This document shows, piece by piece, positions 9,610 to 18,552 of a stretch of DNA of 64,000 nucleotides. This DNA is from Anaerolineae bacterium (GTDB taxonomy: Bacteria > Chloroflexota > Anaerolineae > Anaerolineales > UBA11579). The stretch is from the NCBI GenBank assembly GCA_004297445.1, contig SCUK01000052.1:9159-73158 (forward strand). The letters run 5' to 3'. The number at the start of each line of letters is the position of its first letter. The first letter of the stretch is position 1. Made by a program: the position numbers and the translations under genes. A model generated the notes under the pieces. It made no database searches and was not told the origin of the DNA. It saw only the letters and a list, made by a program, of their open reading frames with translations.

Positions 9610-9822
9610 ATCAATATTTAGGGCATGCGCCCGCATGATGTGGCCGTGGAGCTGGACAGGCGCCGCATTTACTTTTGGGACGGCAATTACTACGCGCTGG
9701 CGGTCACGCAGCGGCTGGGAGTTGAGGACAGCGGCGGCATGGTACGGCTGGGGCCGGTACACTACAACACGCTGGACGAAGTGCACAAGGTGGGCGAAGC
9801 GCTGGCGGAAATCAGCGGCTGA
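9610..9822 (+). pseudogene. displaced relic copy of the last 65 codons of the 7354..8616 aminotransferase gene
   Basis: Homology to 8404-8616 starts at ATCAATATT; an in-frame TAG replaces GAG just upstream of the shared ATG; 21 of 198 nt differ (15 silent codons, 3 replacement codons, TGA versus TAA stop). Confidence 0.85.
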
Positions 9823-9831
9823 GAATCAAAA

Positions 9832-9854
9832 CGCCCCCGTCAATAGCGGGGGCG
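9832..9854 (+). terminator. GC hairpin directly after the relic 3' gene end
   Basis: CGCCCCCG-tcaatag-CGGGGGCG, 10 nt after the TGA at 9820-9822; no clear U tract. Confidence 0.4.
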
Positions 9855-9857
9855 AGC

Positions 9858-9909
9858 GATTTAAACGACAAACGCCGAGGTGAGGGGGGCACCCCAGCGT
9901 TCATCAATT
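9858..9909. repeat. 52-nt hairpin repeat, copy 1 (degenerate)
   Basis: gatttaaacgacaaacgccgaggtgaggggggcaccccagcgttcatcaatt; 46 of 52 identical to 10005-10056. Confidence 0.8.
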
Positions 9910-10004
9910 AATATTCTACCGCAAACACGCGTGATGGGAATAGTACTTAAGTAGCAGACAATATGAAGAGCGGATAAGACTAATTTGACAGGGATTGTTG
10001 CGCT

Positions 10005-10056
10005 GATTTAAATGACAAACGTCGAGGTGAGGGGGGCACCCCGACGTTCGTCATTT
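10005..10056. repeat. 52-nt hairpin repeat, copy 2 (near-perfect stem); possible terminator of the minus-strand gene 10125..10355
   Basis: gatttaaatgacaaacgtcgaggtgaggggggcaccccgacgttcgtcattt; long arms around loop AGGGGGG; on the minus strand followed by tttgtcattt. Confidence 0.7.
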
Positions 10057-10124
10057 CGTATTATAGGCGAATGTACTGGCTTGTCAAGTGATTCGTGATA
10101 AATCGTACTAAAGTTGTAGATTTG

Positions 10125-10355
10125 CTATCCGGTCAGGCTGCGGAAGAAAAGCAACAGCCCAAACGCCGCCAGCGGGATGCCGACGATCGCGCCGGCCACC
10201 GTCAGGCTGACGATGACGCCGACGGCGATGAGGACGAAGCCGAGGATGGCGCCGACCAGCCGCCCCACCATCTCGATGATGAAGCCGACGAAGCGCAGGA
10301 TGGCCCAGAACGGCCAGATGAACCAGGGAACGTGATGCTGTGTTCGTTCAGTCAT
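10125..10355 (-). CDS. small hypothetical membrane protein (76 aa)
   Basis: ATG at 10355 (MTERTQHHVPWFIWPFWAIL...); two to three hydrophobic segments; GGAGG about 11 nt upstream. Confidence 0.55.
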   Translation of the reverse strand: MTERTQHHVPWFIWPFWAILRFVGFIIEMVGRLVGAILGFVLIAVGVIVSLTVAGAIVGIPLAAFGLLLFFRSLTG

Positions 10356-10506
10356 TGGTTTTTTGTACCTCCAATACATTAATACGGAGAACTCCAGAGG
10401 CGGTTGCACCCTCCTCCCCCATAAGGCCGATTTCGGGCTGCGGATTTCCGAGATACGATAGAGGTTGATATTTTTATACTAACCAGGCACGACAAGGAGA
10501 TTTGAG

Positions 10507-10683
10507 ATGAACCTGAAACTTTCTGCCCCCAAAGAGATTACGTGGATCATCGCCGTGGTGGCCGGTGTGTTGGGATTGCTGATGCACTTCGGCGTGATTT
10601 CCCTCGGCGGAATCTCGGCCATGTTCCTCGTCGGCCTGGGTTTCGTCCTGCTGGCGCTGGCGACACTGGTCAAGGGTCTGTAG
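10507..10683 (+). CDS. small hypothetical membrane protein (58 aa), below the ORF-track size cutoff
   Basis: ATG 10507 preceded by AAGGAGA; translates MNLKLSAPKEITWIIAVVAGVLGLLMHFGVISLGGISAMFLVGLGFVLLALATLVKGL; TAG 10681-10683; terminator follows. Confidence 0.55.
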   Translation: MNLKLSAPKEITWIIAVVAGVLGLLMHFGVISLGGISAMFLVGLGFVLLALATLVKGL

Positions 10684-10721
10684 ACTCAGCCTCCTACTGA
10701 ACATTCTCTATAGCGGAAGAT

Positions 10722-10756
10722 GAAGACCCCGGTCTCTACAAGAGACCGGGGTCTTC
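10722..10756. terminator. bidirectional intrinsic terminator
   Basis: Perfect 15-bp stem GAAGACCCCGGTCTC-tacaa-GAGACCGGGGTCTTC followed by gtttgtg; sits between the plus-strand small ORF and the 3' end of the minus-strand tRNA. Confidence 0.8.
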
Positions 10757-10763
10757 GTTTGTG

Positions 10764-10836
10764 TGCCCTGGGCAGGAATCGAACCTGCAACCTCAGCCTT
10801 AGGAGTGCTTTGCTCTGTCCATTGAGCTACCAGGGC
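10764..10836 (-). tRNA. tRNA-Arg (anticodon CCU)
   Basis: Reverse complement GCCCTGG-TA-GCTC-AATGGACA-GAGC-A-AAGCA-CTCCTAA-GGCTG-AGGTT-GCAGG-TTCGATT-CCTGC-CCAGGGC-A; good acceptor, D and T arms; anticodon stem has only 3 Watson-Crick pairs flanked by A.G; CCA not encoded. Confidence 0.8.
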
Positions 10837-10850
10837 CAACGCTTCGCGTT

Positions 10851-10941
10851 GGCTTAAGAGTTCTGCTGCGCAGAACTCTACGGCAAGTAAGGGCGAAGTG
10901 CTTGCTTAAGGATTTGGGCTACACCCAAACTCCATCGCAAG
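10851..10941 (-). repeat. two homologous hairpin units in the putative tRNA-Arg leader
   Basis: 10851-10887 gcttaag-AGTTCTG-ctgcg-CAGAACT-ctacggcaag and 10904-10941 gcttaag-GATTTGGG-ctaca-CCCAAACT-ccatcgcaag: same flanks, different but self-complementary stems. Confidence 0.65.
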
Positions 10942-10950
10942 GCACAACAA

Positions 10951-10979
10951 AGTATACAAGCGCGCACCGCGGCTGGCAA
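10951..10979 (-). promoter_or_regulatory. putative sigma-70-type promoter for tRNA-Arg
   Basis: Minus strand reads TTGCCA-N17-TATACT (plus-strand tggcaa 10974-10979, agtata 10951-10956); predicts a ~105-nt leader. Confidence 0.45.
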
Positions 10980-11111
10980 GGGGGTGATTATTCAAGACGG
11001 CATTAGGTACAGGACAAATGTCCCGCGCAAATCGTGACAGATTGCCCTGCTTCCAGCCAGCCACCCCCTCACAATGGATGGAACGAATGTGGGGGTGTTT
11101 TTGCCGTCTGC

Positions 11112-12581
11112 ATGGTTCGAGGAGGAGCCTTGAAATCTCCCAGGTTAGTAAACATTGTCATTGTGGCAAGTCTGTTGGTTGTTTCCTGCGGCGTGGTGTC
11201 TGCCCCCGATACAGAGACACAATCGCTCATCCTGACGCAGGCCGCCCAGATAAACCAGCTCGCCACCTCGGTGGCCGCCGGCAATGAACCGCCGACGGAA
11301 GAGCCAGCGGGCGACGAGCCCCCGACTGAAGACCCGTCAAGCGGCCCGCCCGTGCAGATGGGGCCAGATATATCGGTTTATCTGGTTAATGATTTTAATG
11401 TACCCATCTGTTACGTCTATTTCTGGCCTTCAGGAACAGACGGAGAGTCGGGGGCGAATCTCATCTCTGAAGAAATCATCAGCCTTATGCCAGGAGTTTA
11501 TCTGGATATCTTCCTGCCTACAGGGCGCTACGACGTGCGAATCTATGACTGTGGAGGCACTTCAAACGACGACCTGTTGACCCAGGAAAATGAGGTCCTG
11601 GTCGCTTCGGACAGTGGATGGCTTTACCTGTCAGCGGCCTGGATTTCCGACCCGAGCCGCGGCCTCTTCTATGTCTATAACAACCAGAGTGTCTCAATCT
11701 GCGCCGTCCGGGTTTCGGAGGTTGGAGTTCCGGTGAATCCAACAACTGAACCAAACCTTCTGCCTCGGAATTGGGAAATAAAGCTAGGCTATTTCTATTT
11801 TCTCTCCTACCCATCTGGCGACTGGGATATTTACGTATATGACTGCAACGGCGAACTGGCGGATGTGTCTAGTGACTTCCTGATCGATTCCAGCACCCTT
11901 GGTTTCTACGTTGATGGCCTATGGGGCGGCGTGGCGGAAGATCCCGGCGGCAGCGGTGAGCCGGAGTTCACCGCCAACCAGGACACCAACTGCCGTTACG
12001 GGCCGGGGTCCTCGAGCTTCGATATTCGTGAAACGATTCGCAGCGGCGAGAGCGTGCCCATCGTTGGCGTGGGTAAAGCGCCGGCGCAGGATTGGTGGGT
12101 GGTGGTACAGGACGGCGTGGAGTGCTGGGTGTGGATTGATACCGGCACAGCCAGCGGGGATACCACCGGCGTGCCGGGCGTGACGCCGCCTACCCCGCCG
12201 CCTTCGCCGACACCGCCAACAGCCGAGCAGGGCCAGAATGGCGGGAACCAGGGCGACGACCCCGGCGGTGAGCAACCTGCCACCTGCCCGGAACCGAATC
12301 AAGTCGTGCAAGTGGATCCCTCAAACGGAGCGCATCCCACTACCTTCACGTTCAGTATTTCGGGATTCGAGCCTAACGACACACTGTACTTCACGATTCT
12401 TCTTCTCCCGAATGAACAGATAGTCTATGAAGTAGAGTTGAAAAGCAATGCCAATGGAAACGCCACTTTCCACTTAAGTACAGAGGCCTCTGACGCCAGG
12501 GGACGATATGAAGTATGGGTTATGGCGTTTGACAAAGATATGTGTATCCAATCGACTGATGCCGTTTTCATCTTAGAGTGA
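11112..12581 (+). CDS. secreted protein or lipoprotein with two tandem Cys-containing repeats, an SH3b-like domain, a Pro-rich linker and a C-terminal beta-sandwich-like domain
   Basis: ATG 11112 (alternative TTG 11130 just after GGAGGA); signal plus lipobox LVNIVIVASLLVVSCG; two paralogous ~95-aa modules ending YDVRIYDCGG and WDIYVYDCNG; SH3b-like NCRYGPGSSSFDIRETIRSGESVPIVG. Confidence 0.6.
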   Translation: MVRGGALKSPRLVNIVIVASLLVVSCGVVSAPDTETQSLILTQAAQINQLATSVAAGNEPPTEEPAGDEPPTEDPSSGPPVQMGPDISVYLVNDFNVPICYVYFWPSGTDGESGANLISEEIISLMPGVYLDIFLPTGRYDVRIYDCGGTSNDDLLTQENEVLVASDSGWLYLSAAWISDPSRGLFYVYNNQSVSICAVRVSEVGVPVNPTTEPNLLPRNWEIKLGYFYFLSYPSGDWDIYVYDCNGELADVSSDFLIDSSTLGFYVDGLWGGVAEDPGGSGEPEFTANQDTNCRYGPGSSSFDIRETIRSGESVPIVGVGKAPAQDWWVVVQDGVECWVWIDTGTASGDTTGVPGVTPPTPPPSPTPPTAEQGQNGGNQGDDPGGEQPATCPEPNQVVQVDPSNGAHPTTFTFSISGFEPNDTLYFTILLLPNEQIVYEVELKSNANGNATFHLSTEASDARGRYEVWVMAFDKDMCIQSTDAVFILE

Positions 12582-12627
12582 GACGACAGCAGGAGGTTGC
12601 AGAAAGGCAGCACACTCTAGAAACAGA

Positions 12628-12664
12628 AGACTTCCAAGATTTCAAAGACCTTGGGAGTCTTTTT
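12628..12664. terminator. bidirectional intrinsic terminator
   Basis: AGACTTCCAAG...CTTGGGAGTCT stem (one G.U) followed by TTTT; lies between convergent genes ending at 12581 and 12712. Confidence 0.65.
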
Positions 12665-12711
12665 GAACGAGAAGGCTCTAACCCTCAGATAACAAAGCTC
12701 CCGCGGGTTGG

Positions 12712-13356
12712 CTACCCGCGCAGTTGCAGTTTGTTCCTACCGCCAAGGACATACGCCAGGACGAAGCCGGCCACAAAACCGCCGATGTGCGCCATATAGG
12801 CCACACCCCCGCCCTCGACGCCCAGCGAGCCGATGCCGCTGAAAACCTGGAGGACAAACCACAGGCCGATGGCTATGAGGGCCGGTACCGGCATGATCCC
12901 GCGCCCCTGCGCCACATAAACTTTGCCCTGCGGGAACAACACCAGGTAAGCGCCCAGCACACCGGCGATAGCCCCCGAAGCGCCCAGGTTGGGGATATTG
13001 GAATCGAGGTTGAACGCCATCTGGGCGAAGGTGGCCGCCAACCCTGTGACCAGATAGAACACCGCGAATTTGCCGTGCCCAAACCGGTCTTCTACATTGT
13101 CGCCAAAAATCCACAGGTAGAGCATATTGGACCCGATGTGCAGATAGTCGGCGTGCATGAACATGGAGGTGATCAGGGTAACGGATTCAGCAATTGGATT
13201 GGCGAGAAATCGAGCCGGGACGAACGCCCAGGTCACGATAAAGTTTTCGCCCAGCATCAATTCGGCGATAAAGAAAAGCACGTTCAGGGCGATCAGGCCA
13301 TAGGTGACCAGTGGGGTAATCCGGCGTTGGCTGTTGTCATCACTAACTGGAAGCAT
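12712..13356 (-). CDS. rhomboid family intramembrane serine protease
   Basis: 214 aa polytopic; catalytic Ser motif GASGAIAGVLGAY and His motif AHIGGFVAGF. Confidence 0.85.
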   Translation of the reverse strand: MLPVSDDNSQRRITPLVTYGLIALNVLFFIAELMLGENFIVTWAFVPARFLANPIAESVTLITSMFMHADYLHIGSNMLYLWIFGDNVEDRFGHGKFAVFYLVTGLAATFAQMAFNLDSNIPNLGASGAIAGVLGAYLVLFPQGKVYVAQGRGIMPVPALIAIGLWFVLQVFSGIGSLGVEGGGVAYMAHIGGFVAGFVLAYVLGGRNKLQLRG

Positions 13357-13512
13357 TTATTCTCTCCTTGCCATCGAGGGCAGTATAGACAGTGGGCGGC
13401 AACCGCTGCACTTGTCCCGCGGGTACGCCACTCCATAATACTGCCGCAAGCCCCAAATCGCATCCAGCCACCAGGGAGGGTGATTCTCCGCCATTTGGGG
13501 GATGTTAAAAGA

Positions 13513-13549
13513 AAAGACCCCGAAGGTCTTCCAGACCTTCGGGGTCTTT
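13513..13549 (-). terminator. intrinsic terminator of the sdh operon
   Basis: 17-bp stem AAAGACCCCGAAGGTCT-tcc-AGACCTTCGGGGTCTTT; on the minus strand followed by TTTTCTTTT. Confidence 0.8.
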
Positions 13550-13562
13550 GGTTATAGAAGTC

Positions 13563-14282
13563 CTAATCCACGTTGCCGGAGGTGATGGCGTGCTTGACCT
13601 CGGCGATGGCCTGGGTGATGTGAATCTCACGCGGGCAGGCCTCGGTGCAATTGAAGGCGGTGCGGCAGCGCCACACGCCTTCCTGCTCGTTGAGGATTTG
13701 CAGGCGCTCGCCGGGGGCCTGGTCACGACTGTCAAAGATGAAGCGGTGGGCATTGACGATGGTGGCCGGGCCGACGTACTTGCCATCACCCCAGAAGGAC
13801 GGGCAGGAGGAGGTGCAAGCGGCGCACAGGATGCATTTGGTGGTGTCATCAAAGCGCTCGCGCTGTTCAATTGACTGATGGCGCTCCTTGCCATCTGCCG
13901 GCACGTCGTCATTAATCATGTAGGGCAGCACCGAGCGATAGGATTCGAAGAACGGCTCCATATCCACGATGAGATCCTTGACGACCTTGAGGCCCATAAT
14001 GGGCTCGACGGTGATGGTGGTGCTGTTCAAGTCGCGCACCAGCACTTTGCAGGCGAGGTAGTTGCGGCCGTTGATGCGCATGGCATCCGAGCCGCACACG
14101 CCGTGGGCGCAGGAACGGCGGAAGGACAGCGTGCCGTCATGGTACCCCTTGACGAACTCCAATAGGTCGAGGACGCGGTCGGTGGGGTCGACATCGGTCA
14201 ACGTCCAGGAGTCGAACGAGGGTTTGGTGCGCCCGGCTTCGGTGTTGTAGCGAAATACTCGCAGGGTGACGTCCATGGCCAA
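13563..14282 (-). CDS. sdhB: succinate dehydrogenase/fumarate reductase iron-sulfur subunit
   Basis: 239 aa; 2Fe-2S motif CAHGVCGSDAMRINGRNYLAC, 4Fe-4S and 3Fe-4S motifs CILCAACTSSCP and CRTAFNCTEACP. Confidence 0.95.
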   Translation of the reverse strand: MAMDVTLRVFRYNTEAGRTKPSFDSWTLTDVDPTDRVLDLLEFVKGYHDGTLSFRRSCAHGVCGSDAMRINGRNYLACKVLVRDLNSTTITVEPIMGLKVVKDLIVDMEPFFESYRSVLPYMINDDVPADGKERHQSIEQRERFDDTTKCILCAACTSSCPSFWGDGKYVGPATIVNAHRFIFDSRDQAPGERLQILNEQEGVWRCRTAFNCTEACPREIHITQAIAEVKHAITSGNVD

Positions 14283-14288
14283 TATCTC

Positions 14289-16082
14289 CTAATAGACTCG
14301 TTCTTTGGGTTCGTATTTCGTAATCTTCACATCTTTGTAGCCCAGCTTCACGCCATCGGCGTTCAACCATGCCAGGCTGTGCTTGAGCCAGTTCTTGTCA
14401 TCGCGCTTGGGGTAGTCCTCGCGAGCGTGGCCGCCGCGGCTTTCCTTGCGGGCTTTGGCCGCCACGGCGGTCACTTCGGCGCAATCGAGCAGGTTGCCGA
14501 GTTCCCAGGCATTCAGCAGGTCGGTATTAAAAATCTTGCCCTTGTCCTGCACACCCATGCGAAGGTAACGCCCTTTGAGCTCGCGGATTTTTTCCACGGC
14601 CTGGCCCATGCCCTCTTCGGTGCGGAACACACCCACATGGTCCATCATGGTGACTTTCATCTCGTTGGCGATATCCACGACGTTCTCGTCGCCGGGGTTG
14701 TTCAGGATGCGGTCAAGTTGCTGGCGGGTGAAGTCGGCGGCATCCGTTGGGAACTTGCCGTACTTGCTGCCCTTGGCGTATTCAGCGGCGCGTACGCCCG
14801 CCTGCTTGCCAAACACCACGAGGTCCAACAGGGAGTTGGTGCCGAGGCGGTTGGCACCGTGAACGGACACGCAGGCGCACTCACCCACTGCATAGAAGCC
14901 GGGCATGACGGTATTCTTCTCGTCGATGACGACTTCGCCAAACATGTTGGTGGGGATGCCGCCCATGGCGTAGTGCGCGGTGGGCTGGATGGGCATGGGC
15001 TGTTTCACCGGGTCCACGCCGAGGTAAGTGCGGCAGAAGTCCACGATGTCCGGCAGTTTGCTGAGGAGTTCTTCGGCGGTGACGATATAGGGACTGCCAT
15101 CCGGGTTGGTGCGGCCATCCAGGGCGGCGTAGCGGTTGATGGTTTCGGGGCGGGCATCCAGGTAAACGTAGTTCTTGCCGCCGATGCCGTTGCCATCGCG
15201 GATTTCCATGTAGATGGAACGGCTGATGACATCGCGCGAGGCCAGGTCTTTGACGGTGGGGGCATACTTCTCCATGAAGCGCTCGCCCTTGTCATTGAGC
15301 AGGATACCGCCTTCGCCGCGCACGCCCTCGGTGATTAGAATGCCGAGCTTGCGGATGCCGGTGGGGTGGAACTGGAAGAACTCCATGTCTTCCAGCGGGA
15401 TGCCGCGCCGGGCGGCAATGGCGACGCCGTCGCCGGTGTAGGCATAGGCATTGGAGGTCACATCCCACACACGGCCGTGGCCGCCGGTGGCAAAGACCAC
15501 TGACTTGGCGTGGAAGGTGTGCAGTTCGCCCGTGGCGAGTTCGACTGCCACCACGCCGGCGGCTTTGCCGCCTTCCAGAATCAGGTCCAGGACCTGGTAT
15601 TCATCATAGAACTTGACTTTGTTCTTGGTGCACTGCTGGTAGAGGGTTTGCAGAATCATGTGGCCGGTGCGGTCGGCGGCGTAGGCGGCGCGGCGTACCG
15701 GCTTCTTGGTGGTGTTGTTGGTGTGCCCACCAAAGGGGCGCTGGGCAATGCGGCCATCCGCGGTGCGGGAGAACGGCAGGCCCATGTGCTCCAGTTCGTA
15801 AACGACCGGCACGGCCTCGTTGCACATGAACTCGATGGCATCCTGGTCACCCAGGTAGTCCGAGCCTTTCACGGTATCAAAGCTGTGCCATTCGGCGCGG
15901 TCTTCTTCCAGATTGCCGAGGGCTGCACCAATGCCGCCCTGCGCCGCGCCGGTGTGGCTACGGGTGGGGTAGAGTTTGCTAAGGACGGCGGTATCTGCGC
16001 CGCGTGAAGCGTACAGGGCGGCCATCAGGCCGGCGCCGCCGGCGCCGACGATGACGACTTCGTGTTGGTGGTGTGTGGTCAT
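14289..16082 (-). CDS. sdhA: succinate dehydrogenase flavoprotein subunit
   Basis: 597 aa; FAD fold [15 protein letters not shown], covalent-FAD His context [15 protein letters not shown] and RLGTNSLLD motifs. Confidence 0.95.
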   Translation of the reverse strand: MTTHHQHEVVIVGAGGAGLMAALYASRGADTAVLSKLYPTRSHTGAAQGGIGAALGNLEEDRAEWHSFDTVKGSDYLGDQDAIEFMCNEAVPVVYELEHMGLPFSRTADGRIAQRPFGGHTNNTTKKPVRRAAYAADRTGHMILQTLYQQCTKNKVKFYDEYQVLDLILEGGKAAGVVAVELATGELHTFHAKSVVFATGGHGRVWDVTSNAYAYTGDGVAIAARRGIPLEDMEFFQFHPTGIRKLGILITEGVRGEGGILLNDKGERFMEKYAPTVKDLASRDVISRSIYMEIRDGNGIGGKNYVYLDARPETINRYAALDGRTNPDGSPYIVTAEELLSKLPDIVDFCRTYLGVDPVKQPMPIQPTAHYAMGGIPTNMFGEVVIDEKNTVMPGFYAVGECACVSVHGANRLGTNSLLDLVVFGKQAGVRAAEYAKGSKYGKFPTDAADFTRQQLDRILNNPGDENVVDIANEMKVTMMDHVGVFRTEEGMGQAVEKIRELKGRYLRMGVQDKGKIFNTDLLNAWELGNLLDCAEVTAVAAKARKESRGGHAREDYPKRDDKNWLKHSLAWLNADGVKLGYKDVKITKYEPKERVY

Positions 16083-16101
16083 GTGGGGTTCCCTATCGAT
16101 G

Positions 16102-16497
16102 TCAGGCGAGGTGTTTGGCCGCCGCGCCGAGGATGGCCGCCGCGCCGATGAAGGAAATCACCAGCCAGCCGATGAACAAAATCCAGGAGAGGTTGCGGCG
16201 TGCCTTGTCGGTCTGAAAGAAATCGAACGCCACCTGGCGCAGGCCGTTCATGCCGTGGGCGAAGGTAAAGGCCAGCAGGAGGATGTCATAAATCTGCCAA
16301 CCGATGTTGGCCCAGCGTTCGACAACGTAGTTCAGATCAATGGCATGGACGCCAACGAGCACGTCCTGGATGAGGACATGAATCCACACCAACGGAATGA
16401 GCAAGACGCCACTGTAGCGCATCCATTTCCAGGCGATGGTTTCATACGTGGGAGTGGGCTTGACGTTGGCCCGTGCGGAGGTTGTGGCTGTGGTCAT
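16102..16497 (-). CDS. sdhD: succinate dehydrogenase membrane anchor subunit (SdhD-like)
   Basis: ATG at 16497 ([14 protein letters not shown]...); three hydrophobic helices; position between sdhC and sdhA. Confidence 0.7.
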   Translation of the reverse strand: MTTATTSARANVKPTPTYETIAWKWMRYSGVLLIPLVWIHVLIQDVLVGVHAIDLNYVVERWANIGWQIYDILLLAFTFAHGMNGLRQVAFDFFQTDKARRNLSWILFIGWLVISFIGAAAILGAAAKHLA

Positions 16498-16507
16498 GGC
16501 ACGGCTC

Positions 16508-16921
16508 CTAGAGGTGGGCCAGCAGGCTGCGGGCCATGATGTAGGCCGCCGGCAACCAGATGAGAATACTGACGACCAGCGTGACGCGGGCGGCGCGGCG
16601 CTGCGTGTGTATCGACCAGGAGGAGGGCTTGACCATGTCCTGGTAGATGATGCGCAGGCCATTGACGCCGTGGAAGATGACCGAGAACACCAGCCCCATC
16701 TCGCCAATCATGAAGATGGGCAGGCGATAGAGGGCGATGGCGTGGTCATACAGTTCCGGCATCCAGTAGACGGTGGCCGTATCCACGATGTGAATGGTGA
16801 GGAAGAGCAGGGTTCCCAGCCCGGTGAGCCGGTGGAGCAGGAAGGAGTAGTGGCCTTCCCGCCCGCGGTAGTTAATGTACCCGGCGAGCGTGGTGCGGAG
16901 CGAGGCCATAAAGGTTGTCAT
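16508..16921 (-). CDS. sdhC: succinate dehydrogenase cytochrome b subunit (SdhC-like)
   Basis: ATG at 16921 preceded by AAGGAGG; MTTFMASLRTTLAGYINYRGREGHYSFLLHRLTGLG...; three helices with conserved His residues. Confidence 0.75.
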   Translation of the reverse strand: MTTFMASLRTTLAGYINYRGREGHYSFLLHRLTGLGTLLFLTIHIVDTATVYWMPELYDHAIALYRLPIFMIGEMGLVFSVIFHGVNGLRIIYQDMVKPSSWSIHTQRRAARVTLVVSILIWLPAAYIMARSLLAHL

Positions 16922-17034
16922 GCAGTTGCCTCCTTGAAATACGTTCGGTCTGATTATAGCAAAAGCGTCTACGAGTTCAGGGGAACAAGGCGCCGAGGAG
17001 ATTATTCCTCGGCGCCGCATCCCTTGTTGACGCA

Positions 17035-18333
<1,299 letters not shown>

Positions 18334-18552
18334 TGTGTGCGCGCTCCAGGAGAGAATTTTGGGTCATTATACTCCCGCGATGGGCGAAAGTGACGGGTTT
18401 CACTTGTTTATGGGATGCCGTCAAACCCCCTGCTATAATCGGCGGACAGCAAAGAATCATAGAAACTATGATGCTACAAATCTGTTGTACGAAGTATGCT
18501 GATAAAAAGCCGGTCCTGCCGGTTTCTTGCATCCCCTCATACTGGAGTGATC

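Noticed and set aside
8702-10010. About 20-nt direct repeat CAGGATTGTTGCGATTGATTT (8701-8721) / CAGGGATTGTTGCGCTGATTT (9989-10009) as att-like borders of the inserted segment
   Set aside because: Only a 10-nt exact core (GATTGTTGCG). Roughly one such match is expected by chance among all position pairs within a 1.5-kb region, and the repeats do not coincide with the homology breakpoint at 9610. I keep it only as a weak lead.
9858-10056. The hairpin direct repeats (and the hairpin units at 10851-10941) as a mini CRISPR array
   Set aside because: There are only two copies each, with 95-nt and 16-nt gaps rather than regular 30-40-nt spacers. The repeats are not identical, and no cas genes are present in the window.
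10507-10836. Site-specific integration at the 3' end of tRNA-Arg
   Set aside because: I found no partial duplicate of the tRNA 3' half anywhere between 8617 and 12620, and no integrase gene. The island interpretation therefore rests on composition only.
18334-18552. A metal-sensing riboswitch (for example yybP-ykoY type) in the ~105-nt leader of the P-type ATPase
   Set aside because: There is a TATAAT box and two small hairpins, but none of the conserved riboswitch core sequences I know is present. An Rfam scan would be needed before calling anything.
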